Positions 40,952-49,490 of a stretch of DNA of 64,000 bases are shown in pieces. The position numbers and the translations under genes were made by a program. The notes beneath the pieces are model-generated. The model was not told where the DNA came from. It saw only the letters and a program-made list of their open reading frames with translations, and did not search any database. Position 1 is the first letter of the stretch. The number at the start of each line of letters is the position of its first letter. Source of the DNA: an uncultured Chthonomonadaceae bacterium (GTDB lineage: Bacteria > Armatimonadota > Chthonomonadetes > Chthonomonadales > Chthonomonadaceae). Location: positions 1 through 64,000 of the forward strand of contig CAWFQB010000001.1 in NCBI GenBank assembly GCA_963817895.1, given 5' to 3'.

Positions 40952-42319
40952 ATGAACAATCAAAAATCGAAAATCGAAAATCGGCAATCCACGCCGGATT
41001 CATCATTCATCCTTCATCCTTCATCCTTTGACGTTATCATCGTAGGCGGTGGACCGGCGGGCGCAACGCTGGCGGCTTTGCTGGCGGGGGAAGGGTGGAG
41101 CGTCGCGCTGCTGGATCGGGCGCAATTTCCGCGCGACAAAGCGTGTGGCGAGTTCCTCACGCCGCAGGCCGCCCGTCTTCTCAAACAGCCTGGCGTGTGG
41201 CAAACATTGCGGGCGCAGGGCTTGCGGGACGTAAGCGCGACGGTTCTGGTTGCGCCGGATGGCCGGCAGGTGGAACACGCGCCCCTGACCGGCGAACCCG
41301 CCGGCTACGCGCTTCGCCGAACCGTTTTGGATGTCGCCCTGCTGCAACACGCCCGCGAAAAGGGCGCGTTTGTGGAGGAGGGTTTTGGGGTCCGCGAATT
41401 GTGCCGCAACGAGGACGGGCGCGTAATCGGCGTGGCGGGCAGGGATAAAACAGGCGAAATCCGAACGCTACACGCCCGCCTGATTGTTGGCGCGGACGGC
41501 ACGCACTCGCTTGTGGCCCGCCAACTGAATCTGGTAAAACCCATCCCGCGCTTGCAGCGCATCGCCCTTGTCGCGCACTGGCAGGGCGATATTGGCGGAC
41601 GGCGCGATACTATTGAAATGCGGACGCATGGCCCGCTCGTTTGTGGGTTGGGATTTCCCGGCGAGGAGCAGAGTAGCCCTCAACCCCCGGCCCCTTCTCC
41701 CAAAAAGGCCTGGGAGAAGGGGAGTCGATCTATTTCGTACTCTCAGGTGAACACCGTATGCGCCAACACTACTTTTGTGGTTCCCAACGACTATGCCCCG
41801 CAAATCGCCGGACGCGCCGAAGAGTGGATAGAGCAGACGCTGACAACCTGTTTCCCCGATCTTGCCGAGCGTCTTTCTCCTGCTGCGGGTACGCTCAAAG
41901 TCCGCGCTGTCGGCTGTTTCGGGCATCGCTCCCATTCTCCGATTGCCGACGGCGCGTTGCTGGTGGGGGACGCGGCCACGTTTATAGACCCGTTTACAGG
42001 CGAAGGCGTGTACTTTTGCCTGCGCGGAGCGCAGCTTGCGGCAGAAACGATACACAGCGCGTTACAAAAGAACGACACGTCCCGGCGCGGCCTGCGAAAC
42101 TATGCCCAACTGCGGCAGGAACTGGCCCGCCGTTACCTGCTCATTGATCTGGTGCAAACCGTTGTGCGAACGCCCGCGCTGTTCAATCCCCTCGCGAAGA
42201 GGCTGGAACGCTTTCCGGGCGCGGCGGAGCGCCTGCTGCAAATCCTCGGCGACACCCGCCCGCCGGAACACGTCCTGCACCCCATGCTGCTGTGGCGGCT
42301 CTTCGCCCCCTGCTTTTGA
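40952..42319 (+). CDS. FAD-dependent oxidoreductase (geranylgeranyl-reductase/monooxygenase-like)
   Basis: DVIIVGGGPAG, FPRDKACGE, VGADG, LVGDAATFIDPFTGEG. Confidence 0.88.
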   Translation: MNNQKSKIENRQSTPDSSFILHPSSFDVIIVGGGPAGATLAALLAGEGWSVALLDRAQFPRDKACGEFLTPQAARLLKQPGVWQTLRAQGLRDVSATVLVAPDGRQVEHAPLTGEPAGYALRRTVLDVALLQHAREKGAFVEEGFGVRELCRNEDGRVIGVAGRDKTGEIRTLHARLIVGADGTHSLVARQLNLVKPIPRLQRIALVAHWQGDIGGRRDTIEMRTHGPLVCGLGFPGEEQSSPQPPAPSPKKAWEKGSRSISYSQVNTVCANTTFVVPNDYAPQIAGRAEEWIEQTLTTCFPDLAERLSPAAGTLKVRAVGCFGHRSHSPIADGALLVGDAATFIDPFTGEGVYFCLRGAQLAAETIHSALQKNDTSRRGLRNYAQLRQELARRYLLIDLVQTVVRTPALFNPLAKRLERFPGAAERLLQILGDTRPPEHVLHPMLLWRLFAPCF

Positions 42320-42349
42320 GGGTAAACTACCGAAAAACGAGGAGGAATT

Positions 42350-42537
42350 TAGACAGGATTAACAGGATTATCAGGATGAACAGGATTTTTAACGGACAGG
42401 GAAGTTAAACATTGATTCCTGTGGTTTATGAGAATTTGCGACTTAAATCACATGCCCATTCCCTCAATCCTGCCGCAAACCGTCTTGTCTGTCCATGAAA
42501 ATCCTGTTAATCCTGATAATCCTGTTAATCCTGTCTA
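42350..42537. repeat. Gene-less inverted-repeat element of 9-nt units (MITE-like)
   Basis: Arms 42350-42389 and 42498-42537 pair at 39/40. Confidence 0.9.
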
Positions 42538-42552
42538 TTTCTGGAGATTCAA

Positions 42553-43821
42553 ATGGTTCAGCGGAAGGTTGTGGTGGTTGGGGCGGGTTTGTCGGGGCTG
42601 TGCTGCGCGCGGACGATACAGCGGGCGGGGCATGTCGCGCATGTCTATGAGGCGAATGACGGCGTGGGCGGGCGAGTGCGGACGGATATGGTGGACGGCT
42701 TTTTGCTGGACAGGGGCTTTCAGGTGCTGTTTACCGCGTACCCGGCTATCCTGCAAGAGATGGACATGGATGCGCTGGACATTCGCGCGTTTCAGCCGGG
42801 CGCAATCGTTTGTCGGGACAGTGAGCGGCAAATCATCGCTGACCCTTTGCGCGCCCCGTCAAAAATCATTCCCACCGCGCTTGCCAACCTGTTTTCGTTC
42901 GGGGATAAATTGCTCGTCGCCAAACTGGCGCTGCTGCTGAAAAGCATGACGGTTCAGCAGATTTTCGCCCTGCCGGATCAGACGATGGGCGCGTATCTGA
43001 GCGATTTCGGCTTCTCCGCAGAGTTCATTGACCGTTTTATCCGTCCGTTTTACGCGGGCATTTTTCTGGATAAGAGTCTGGAAACCAGTTCGCGGATGTT
43101 CGCGTTCGTGTTTAAGATGCTGGCGGAGGGGCAGACGGCGGTTCCGGCAAAGGGAATGGGCGCGCTGGCGCAGCAGTTTGCCGATACGATGACTCCCGGC
43201 AGTATCCATCTTAATAGCCCGGTACGCGAGTTGGCGCATAAGAATGGGCGCGTGGCGGGCGTGGCATTGGAGGGTGGCGAGATTGTAGAAGCGGATACGG
43301 TTGTTCTGGCAACGGAGTTCGACAGGGCGGCGCAACTGGCGGGACTGCATCTGCCCGCAGAGTGGCGCGTGTCCAACACGCTTGCGTTCGCCCTGCCCGA
43401 ACCCCTGTACCGCGAAAAGCTGCTTTCGCTCTTTGTATCGCCCGAAGGACTCGTCAACAACGCGCAAATGATGAGCAATGCCGCGCCCTCGTATGCCCCG
43501 GAGGAACAGCATCTGCTCACGGCAACCGTGTTGGGCGATGTTCCTCTTTCTGACGCGGAACTGGCCGCAGTTGCCAAAGCCGAAATCGCCGCGCAGTTCC
43601 CCGCCGCGCAGCCGGAGTCGTGGCGCTTGCTGCGCATTGACCGGGTACGCTGGGCGCAATTCGCGCAGCCGGTGGGCATCTGGGGCAAACTGCCCGACGC
43701 CCGCACTCCCCTCCCCGGCCTGATCCTGGCAGGCGAAATCACCGTGCAAAGTTCGCTGCACGGCGCGCTCGTATCCGGCCAACGCGCCGCCGGCCTGGCC
43801 CTGAGTATAAAAAGAAATTAG
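42553..43821 (+). CDS. FAD-dependent oxidoreductase (amine oxidase/protoporphyrinogen oxidase-like)
   Basis: VVVVGAGLSGL, VGGRVRTD...DRGFQVLFTAYP, SSLHGALVSG. Confidence 0.88.
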   Translation: MVQRKVVVVGAGLSGLCCARTIQRAGHVAHVYEANDGVGGRVRTDMVDGFLLDRGFQVLFTAYPAILQEMDMDALDIRAFQPGAIVCRDSERQIIADPLRAPSKIIPTALANLFSFGDKLLVAKLALLLKSMTVQQIFALPDQTMGAYLSDFGFSAEFIDRFIRPFYAGIFLDKSLETSSRMFAFVFKMLAEGQTAVPAKGMGALAQQFADTMTPGSIHLNSPVRELAHKNGRVAGVALEGGEIVEADTVVLATEFDRAAQLAGLHLPAEWRVSNTLAFALPEPLYREKLLSLFVSPEGLVNNAQMMSNAAPSYAPEEQHLLTATVLGDVPLSDAELAAVAKAEIAAQFPAAQPESWRLLRIDRVRWAQFAQPVGIWGKLPDARTPLPGLILAGEITVQSSLHGALVSGQRAAGLALSIKRN

Positions 43822-44329
43822 ACAGGATTAACAGGATTTTCAGGATTAACAGGATTTTTCCAACGACGCAATCAATAATAGCCAATCCTGGCAAGTTTTC
43901 ACAGGAGGAAGCTCATGAATGATGACGAGATCAGGCAGGCGATTATTGGGCTGGCGTTTAAGGTACACAAGTATCCTGGCGCAGGGTTCGTCGAGAAAGT
44001 TTATGAGAACGCGCTGAAGTTGGAATTGGAACGGGCAGAGTTTATTGTGAAACAGCAAGTTCCCATTGATGTGCTGTACGATAGTGTTGTAATAGGAGAG
44101 TTCTTCGCAGACCTGATTGTTCAAAATAAGGTCATCGTGGAACTCAAAGCCGTACAGTCGCTGCTGCCGGAGCATGAAGTACAACTGGTAAACTACCTGA
44201 CGGCCACCGGCATTGAAAGCGGCCTCCTCCTCAACTTTGGCAAAAGCGTACAAATGAAGCGCAAATTCCGCGAGTACAGGAAACTGGAAAAATAATCCTG
44301 TTAATCCTGAAAATCCTGTTAATCCTGTC
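43821..44329. mobile_element. Putative mobile cassette: GxxExxY gene between perfect 36-bp inverted repeats
   Basis: GACAGGATTAACAGGATTTTCAGGATTAACAGGATT (43821-43856) is the exact reverse complement of 44294-44329; mobility is inferred. Confidence 0.7.
43915..44295 (+). CDS. GxxExxY protein (PD-(D/E)XK nuclease fold)
   Basis: AGGAGG RBS; GAGFVEKVY motif; ADLIV...IVELK; QLVNYL...GLLLNFG. Confidence 0.93.
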   Translation: MNDDEIRQAIIGLAFKVHKYPGAGFVEKVYENALKLELERAEFIVKQQVPIDVLYDSVVIGEFFADLIVQNKVIVELKAVQSLLPEHEVQLVNYLTATGIESGLLLNFGKSVQMKRKFREYRKLEK

Positions 44330-44332
44330 CAA

Positions 44333-45127
44333 ATGTCCTTTTCTTTCCTTCATCAAAATCCTGTCAATCTTGTCCAACATGCGGACGCGCTTGAGTGGCG
44401 CAGTCGGCTGACCGTTGCGCATGGCGTCGGCTGGCTGGCGGATAACGAATATTACGCGGCGATGCAGGCGGCCGTACACCAATTATTCGAGGCGCAGGCG
44501 TTTCCCGTCGCTTATACGGAAGCCGATTTGTGGTACGAGCGGGATTGGCTCGGCAAGCCGTTCGTGACCTGGCGCGGAATTGTGCAGTCGTGGGCGGAAG
44601 CGCGCGGGTTGGAAGCGAAGCATCTGCATGTTTCCAATACGCACGACGGCGGGGCGCATATCGTGGTTGCCGCGTACCATCCTGAATTAGTGGGTATCGG
44701 CATAGACGCGGTATATCTGCCCCGGCTGATGCAATCGGGGAAAGATGACGTTTATCTGCGCCGTTTCGCCGCCCGGTTCATGTCCGAACGGGAGCGGATG
44801 CTATTTAAGCAGGCGAACGCGAACGACAATCTGGCAGCCTTGCGATTGCGTACCGCCGCGCACTTCTCTTTAATGGAAGCAGGATCGAAGGCGTTGGGAA
44901 CCGGCCTGAAAATCGGCGGCGGCATGGGGCGCGAAACCTCCCTGCCCAAACAAAGCATCGGCGTTCAGCGACTGGAACCCGGTTTGGAACTCGATGCGGA
45001 AATGCTTTTTGAGGGTGACGCGCTGAAGCGTCTGGATGAATTAGGCGCAGTCCGCTCGGAAGCCTATTGGAGCGCGGACAAGGAGTTCTTAATCAGTGTC
45101 GTGTTGTTATGGCGTAGGGTACAATAA
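44333..45127 (+). CDS. 4'-phosphopantetheinyl transferase superfamily protein
   Basis: DWLGKPFV, LHVSNTHD, GIGIDAV, FMSERE, FSLMEAGSKALGTG. Confidence 0.78.
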   Translation: MSFSFLHQNPVNLVQHADALEWRSRLTVAHGVGWLADNEYYAAMQAAVHQLFEAQAFPVAYTEADLWYERDWLGKPFVTWRGIVQSWAEARGLEAKHLHVSNTHDGGAHIVVAAYHPELVGIGIDAVYLPRLMQSGKDDVYLRRFAARFMSERERMLFKQANANDNLAALRLRTAAHFSLMEAGSKALGTGLKIGGGMGRETSLPKQSIGVQRLEPGLELDAEMLFEGDALKRLDELGAVRSEAYWSADKEFLISVVLLWRRVQ

Positions 45128-45131
45128 CCGT

Positions 45132-45962
45132 ATGGAGCAAGAAGTTACCGATACGTCAAATATGCCTGCTCGTCCGCGTCGCGCAAAACGCGGTCGCGCG
45201 CTGCTTATCCTGTCCCTGTTTCTGCTGATCGTTGTCAGCATTACATGGGCTATCGGCGGGTTGGGCGGGAATGTGCGAACCGTCACCCCGGGGCGGGTAT
45301 ACCGCAGCGCGCAGATTACCGGGGGTGGTATCGGCGCGATGACGGCCTGCTGGACGGGCAACGGTCTGGAACAGGTTATCAAAGCGGACGGCATCAAGAC
45401 CGTTATCAACCTGCGCGGTGGCAACGCGAAGAACGCCTGGTATCAGCAAGAGCGGGAGATTTGCGCTCGAAACGGCGTGGATCACATAGACATCGGCATG
45501 AGCGCGATTCACGCCCCCCACCCCACACAACTCAACCGCCTGCTCAACGCTTTCGATAACGCCCGCTATCCCGTTTTGTACCACTGTCAGGGCGGCTCGG
45601 ACCGTTCGGGATTAGCGGGTACGATTTATCTCAACGTGTATCAGAACGTTCCGCTCGACGAAGCGGAACGGCAGCAGCTAACTCTGCGCTACGCGCATTT
45701 CAAGTTCACGCGCACACGGGCGATGGACGATTTTTTTGATCGGTATCGGCAGACGGGGCAGGGCATGTCGCTGCGCGATTGGATACAGAAGGTGTATCCG
45801 TCGCTGTTCGCGAAGTTGCCTGCCAACGAAATCTCCGGGCCACCAACGCCCGAAGAACTGCTTACCGATCCGCACCCACTCACTTCTGCTTCACATTCCA
45901 GATCGTCTTTACAAACTGTGCCGGGAGAGGGCGCGGCCCGCAAAGCGATCAACGGAGGCTGA
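45132..45962 (+). CDS. Exported tyrosine/dual-specificity phosphatase-like protein
   Basis: N-terminal TM; VYRSAQ, GIKTVINLRG, PVLYHCQGGSDRSG (CX5R). Confidence 0.88.
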   Translation: MEQEVTDTSNMPARPRRAKRGRALLILSLFLLIVVSITWAIGGLGGNVRTVTPGRVYRSAQITGGGIGAMTACWTGNGLEQVIKADGIKTVINLRGGNAKNAWYQQEREICARNGVDHIDIGMSAIHAPHPTQLNRLLNAFDNARYPVLYHCQGGSDRSGLAGTIYLNVYQNVPLDEAERQQLTLRYAHFKFTRTRAMDDFFDRYRQTGQGMSLRDWIQKVYPSLFAKLPANEISGPPTPEELLTDPHPLTSASHSRSSLQTVPGEGAARKAINGG

Positions 45963-45965
45963 CCT

Positions 45966-48638
45966 ATGCGTTCGCGTCAACGTTTACACCGGGCAAATTC
46001 TTCTCGCGCCCTGCTGCTTTCCCTCTCCACCCTGACCGGAATTGCTCTGATTGCGGGCGGAAAAGCCGCGTGGAGCCATAAGCAGGATTCCAGCGTTCTT
46101 CCCGACCCGCTTCCTACAGGCAAGCGCATCGCGCCGCAGGGAAAGCAAACCGAGGTCGGCAGTTTCCCCGTCAACATGGCGCTCAGTCCCGACGGCAAGT
46201 TTATCGCCGTCACCAACACAGGGTTCCGGCAGTTCCTCAGTATTCTCAGCGCGGACGACGGGCATCTCGTCTCCCAAATGCCCTTCAACCCCGCCGCCAA
46301 CAACAACGCGGATAAGACTTCGCTGTACTACGGCCTTTCGTTTCAGTCCCAAATGGCGGATGGCTACCGGCTGTTTGTGTCGCGTGGCCCGGAAGATCGT
46401 ATCAGCGGCATTTACATCACCCCGGAGGGTAAGTTCGGCGGCGTGGTGGACACGCTGGAAAATCCCTCCACGATTCCCGCTGCCGCCAAAGCCGCGCATC
46501 CGAACTTTGTGGCGGGCGTCGCGAGTGGAACCGACAGGCTGTACGCCGCCAACAACGAAAGCAGCGAGTATACCGACTTTAAGGGTTCCATCAGCGTTTT
46601 TGAAAACGGCGCGCAGGTTCCCGCAAAACTTGTAGCGCATATACCCACGCCCGGTTTCCCGCTTGCCGTTGTCGCCGTCACCAAAGGGCCGGACGCGGAC
46701 AAAAAAGTGTATGTATCGAGCGAGCAGGATGGGTGCGTGGCGGTTCTGGACGTGGCTGACCCGGCAAACGGCAAAGATGTAAAAGATATCAAGACGGGCG
46801 ACCATCCCACCGGGCTATTGCTGAATAAAGATCAAACTCGTTTGTTTGTCGCCAATTCGAGCAGCGATACCGTGAGCCTGATAGACACGAGCAAAGACGC
46901 CGTGATACAAACGTGGGATGTGCGCGGGCCATCGAAACTTCCGGGCGCGACGCCCCTCGGAATGGCTCTCAGCCCGGACGAGTCGCGCCTGTACGTCACC
47001 CTTGCCGACCAGAACGCGCTGGCCGTGATTGACCTGAAAAGGGACAGCGATCCAACCGCGAGCGGCAGGTTTCGTCCGACAGGCATCATTCCCACCGGCT
47101 GGTATCCCACGTCCGTTGTGGTCAGTGGGGACGGCAAACGCATTTTTGTTGCCAACGCCAAAGGCGCGCGAACCCGCACTCCCAATGGCGGCGCGGAACG
47201 CCCGACGGAAGAATCAAGATACATCGAAAACATCATTGAAGGCACGGTTTCGATGATACCAACGCCCTCGGATGCGGAACTGAAACCCCTGACGCAGATC
47301 GCCACCCGTCTCAATCTGGCCCCCGCAAACCAAAAACTGCCCGCAACCGGTATCAAGCACGTCATTTACATCATCAAGGAGAACCGCACCTACGATGAAA
47401 TCCTGGGCGACATGCCGCAGGGGAACGGCGACAAATCCCTGACCCTGTTCGGGCGCGACGTGACGCCCAACCAACACGCCCTTGCTGAACGCTTCGCCCT
47501 GCTCGACAACTTCTACTGCTCGGCGGAAGTATCTGCCGATGGCTGGAACTGGACCATTTCCGGCATGAGCAGCGAGTACAACGCGCGCAACGTGCCTTTC
47601 AACTACAGCGGACGCGGGCGCGATTACGACTTTGAGGGACAGATCAACGGCACTCCCGTAGACCTGCTGAACAAGCCGGACGTGAACCGCGCTCCGGGCG
47701 GCTATATTTGGGACGCCGTTGCCAAAAAAGGCTTATCGTTCCGCAACTACGGCTTTTATGTGGCCTTTGCCGACGCCAAAACCCTGAAGGGCGACCTGAT
47801 TACCAGAGACAACACGCCCGTCAAGAAAGCGCTTGTCGGACACACGGACACGGATTTTCGGCAGTTCGACATGGCGTATGCCGACAGCGACGCGCCCGCG
47901 TTTTACCACGCCGTTCCGCCCCGCCAGAAGGTCGCGTATGGAACCCATAATTCCCCGTCCCGCTATGCCGAATGGAAGCGCGAATTCGACGAGTACGTTC
48001 AAACGGACAGCCTGCCCCGCTTTTCGATGGTGCGCTTTCCCCGCGACCACACGAGCGGAACCCGCGCCGGTATCTCCTCGCCCCGCGCCATGATTGCCGA
48101 TAACGATTATGCGGTCGGGCAACTGGTGGAGGCCGTCAGCAAAAGCAAGTTCTGGAAGGAAACGGCGATTTTCGTTTTGGAAGACGACGCGCAGGCGGGC
48201 ATTGACCACGTAGACGCGCACCGCTCCATTGCGTTCGTGATTTCGCCGTATGTGCAAAAAAGCCTGGTGGATCACCACTTTTACAACTCGGACAGTACGC
48301 TGCACACGATGGAACAACTGCTCGGCCTGCCCCCGATGTGCCAGTACGACGCCATTGCGCCCGTGTTCGCCGCGTTCCAGTCAAAACCCGACAACGACGC
48401 GCCCTATACGGCCATTCTCCCCTCCCGCCAGATCATCGCGGAAACCAACGGACAGCAAGCCTACCATGCCAGGGAAAGCGCGAAACTCGACTTCGCCCAC
48501 GCTGACCGCATCCCCGACAACGTTCTGCGCGACCTGACATGGCACTCGGTCAAAGGCGCGAATACTCCAACTCCGCCCCTGCGCCACGCCCTGCCCACTT
48601 CCGCCCGAACAGCCGCGCGGCATGATGAGGATGATTAA
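45966..48638 (+). CDS. Secreted YncE beta-propeller + alkaline-phosphatase-superfamily phosphoesterase (intact paralog)
   Basis: Signal peptide; propeller repeats; IKHVIYIIKENRTYD, EVSADG, DNDYAVG, EDDAQAGIDHVDAHRS. Confidence 0.92.
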   Translation: MRSRQRLHRANSSRALLLSLSTLTGIALIAGGKAAWSHKQDSSVLPDPLPTGKRIAPQGKQTEVGSFPVNMALSPDGKFIAVTNTGFRQFLSILSADDGHLVSQMPFNPAANNNADKTSLYYGLSFQSQMADGYRLFVSRGPEDRISGIYITPEGKFGGVVDTLENPSTIPAAAKAAHPNFVAGVASGTDRLYAANNESSEYTDFKGSISVFENGAQVPAKLVAHIPTPGFPLAVVAVTKGPDADKKVYVSSEQDGCVAVLDVADPANGKDVKDIKTGDHPTGLLLNKDQTRLFVANSSSDTVSLIDTSKDAVIQTWDVRGPSKLPGATPLGMALSPDESRLYVTLADQNALAVIDLKRDSDPTASGRFRPTGIIPTGWYPTSVVVSGDGKRIFVANAKGARTRTPNGGAERPTEESRYIENIIEGTVSMIPTPSDAELKPLTQIATRLNLAPANQKLPATGIKHVIYIIKENRTYDEILGDMPQGNGDKSLTLFGRDVTPNQHALAERFALLDNFYCSAEVSADGWNWTISGMSSEYNARNVPFNYSGRGRDYDFEGQINGTPVDLLNKPDVNRAPGGYIWDAVAKKGLSFRNYGFYVAFADAKTLKGDLITRDNTPVKKALVGHTDTDFRQFDMAYADSDAPAFYHAVPPRQKVAYGTHNSPSRYAEWKREFDEYVQTDSLPRFSMVRFPRDHTSGTRAGISSPRAMIADNDYAVGQLVEAVSKSKFWKETAIFVLEDDAQAGIDHVDAHRSIAFVISPYVQKSLVDHHFYNSDSTLHTMEQLLGLPPMCQYDAIAPVFAAFQSKPDNDAPYTAILPSRQIIAETNGQQAYHARESAKLDFAHADRIPDNVLRDLTWHSVKGANTPTPPLRHALPTSARTAARHDEDD

Positions 48639-48887
48639 GCGCGAACGGCAGGCTGATAAGGACAGCCGAAATCAGGTTTGCAGCCATTGCCGAAAGCAGT
48701 ATGCTGGCAAAAAAGTATTTAATTCCGTGCGAATGGGGTAATCTGGAAGTGTGTTCTGTTCCAGATACTTCCAGATGCGCGGAATTTATTTCCAGCTAGT
48801 TCCAGTTAGAGGGGGCTGTATTGACAGCATTATTGCGTTGGAAGCTGCGCTTCGGCATGTACAAACCGAAACACCGCAGGAGACAGT

Positions 48888-49490
48888 ATGACCGAACCGA
48901 AAAAGGTTACGATAATGGTGTCTTCTACCGTATACGGGCAAAAGAGTCTGCTGGATCAGGTTTACGCGCTTTTGGCGAGTTATGGGGATGAGGTGTGGAT
49001 GTCGCACAAAGGCAGTCTGCCGGTTCATCCCAACAAGTCTAATTTTGAAAACTGTCTGGATGCTGTTGATAATTGTGACGTTTTCGTCGGCATCATTACC
49101 GGTAATTACGGCACGGGCGTTCTTCCGGGCGAACCCTCCATACTGCATCAGGAAGTAAGCCGCGCTATTTCGCGGGGCAAACTGCGGTGGTTTCTGGTTC
49201 ACCATGACGTGGTCATTGCGCGGATACTGCTGCGGCAATTTCGGTTTGATGCGCAGGGCAATCTGCTCCCGCTTGTTTTCAAAAGAACCAAGGTGCTTGA
49301 AGATATTCGTATCCTCGATATGTGCGACGAAATCATCGCTAATGCCATTCCGTTATCGCAGCGGGTAGGCAATTGGGCGCAGCCGTTTTACGACGAGCGT
49401 GAGGTGCTGACGTTTCTGGAAACGCAGTTTGCAGACCCACAACGCATACGCAGGATGCTGCCGCGCAAGTCGGGAAGGAGGCCATTGTGA
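48888..49490 (+). CDS. DUF4062 domain protein
   Basis: IMVSSTVY...CLDAVDNCDVFVGIITGNYG...SILHQE. Confidence 0.8.
   Translation: MTEPKKVTIMVSSTVYGQKSLLDQVYALLASYGDEVWMSHKGSLPVHPNKSNFENCLDAVDNCDVFVGIITGNYGTGVLPGEPSILHQEVSRAISRGKLRWFLVHHDVVIARILLRQFRFDAQGNLLPLVFKRTKVLEDIRILDMCDEIIANAIPLSQRVGNWAQPFYDEREVLTFLETQFADPQRIRRMLPRKSGRRPL

Noticed and set aside
42350..44329. CRISPR array interpretation of the CAGGATT repeats
   Set aside because: The units are contiguous 9-mers in inverted arms, with no unique spacers and no cas genes.
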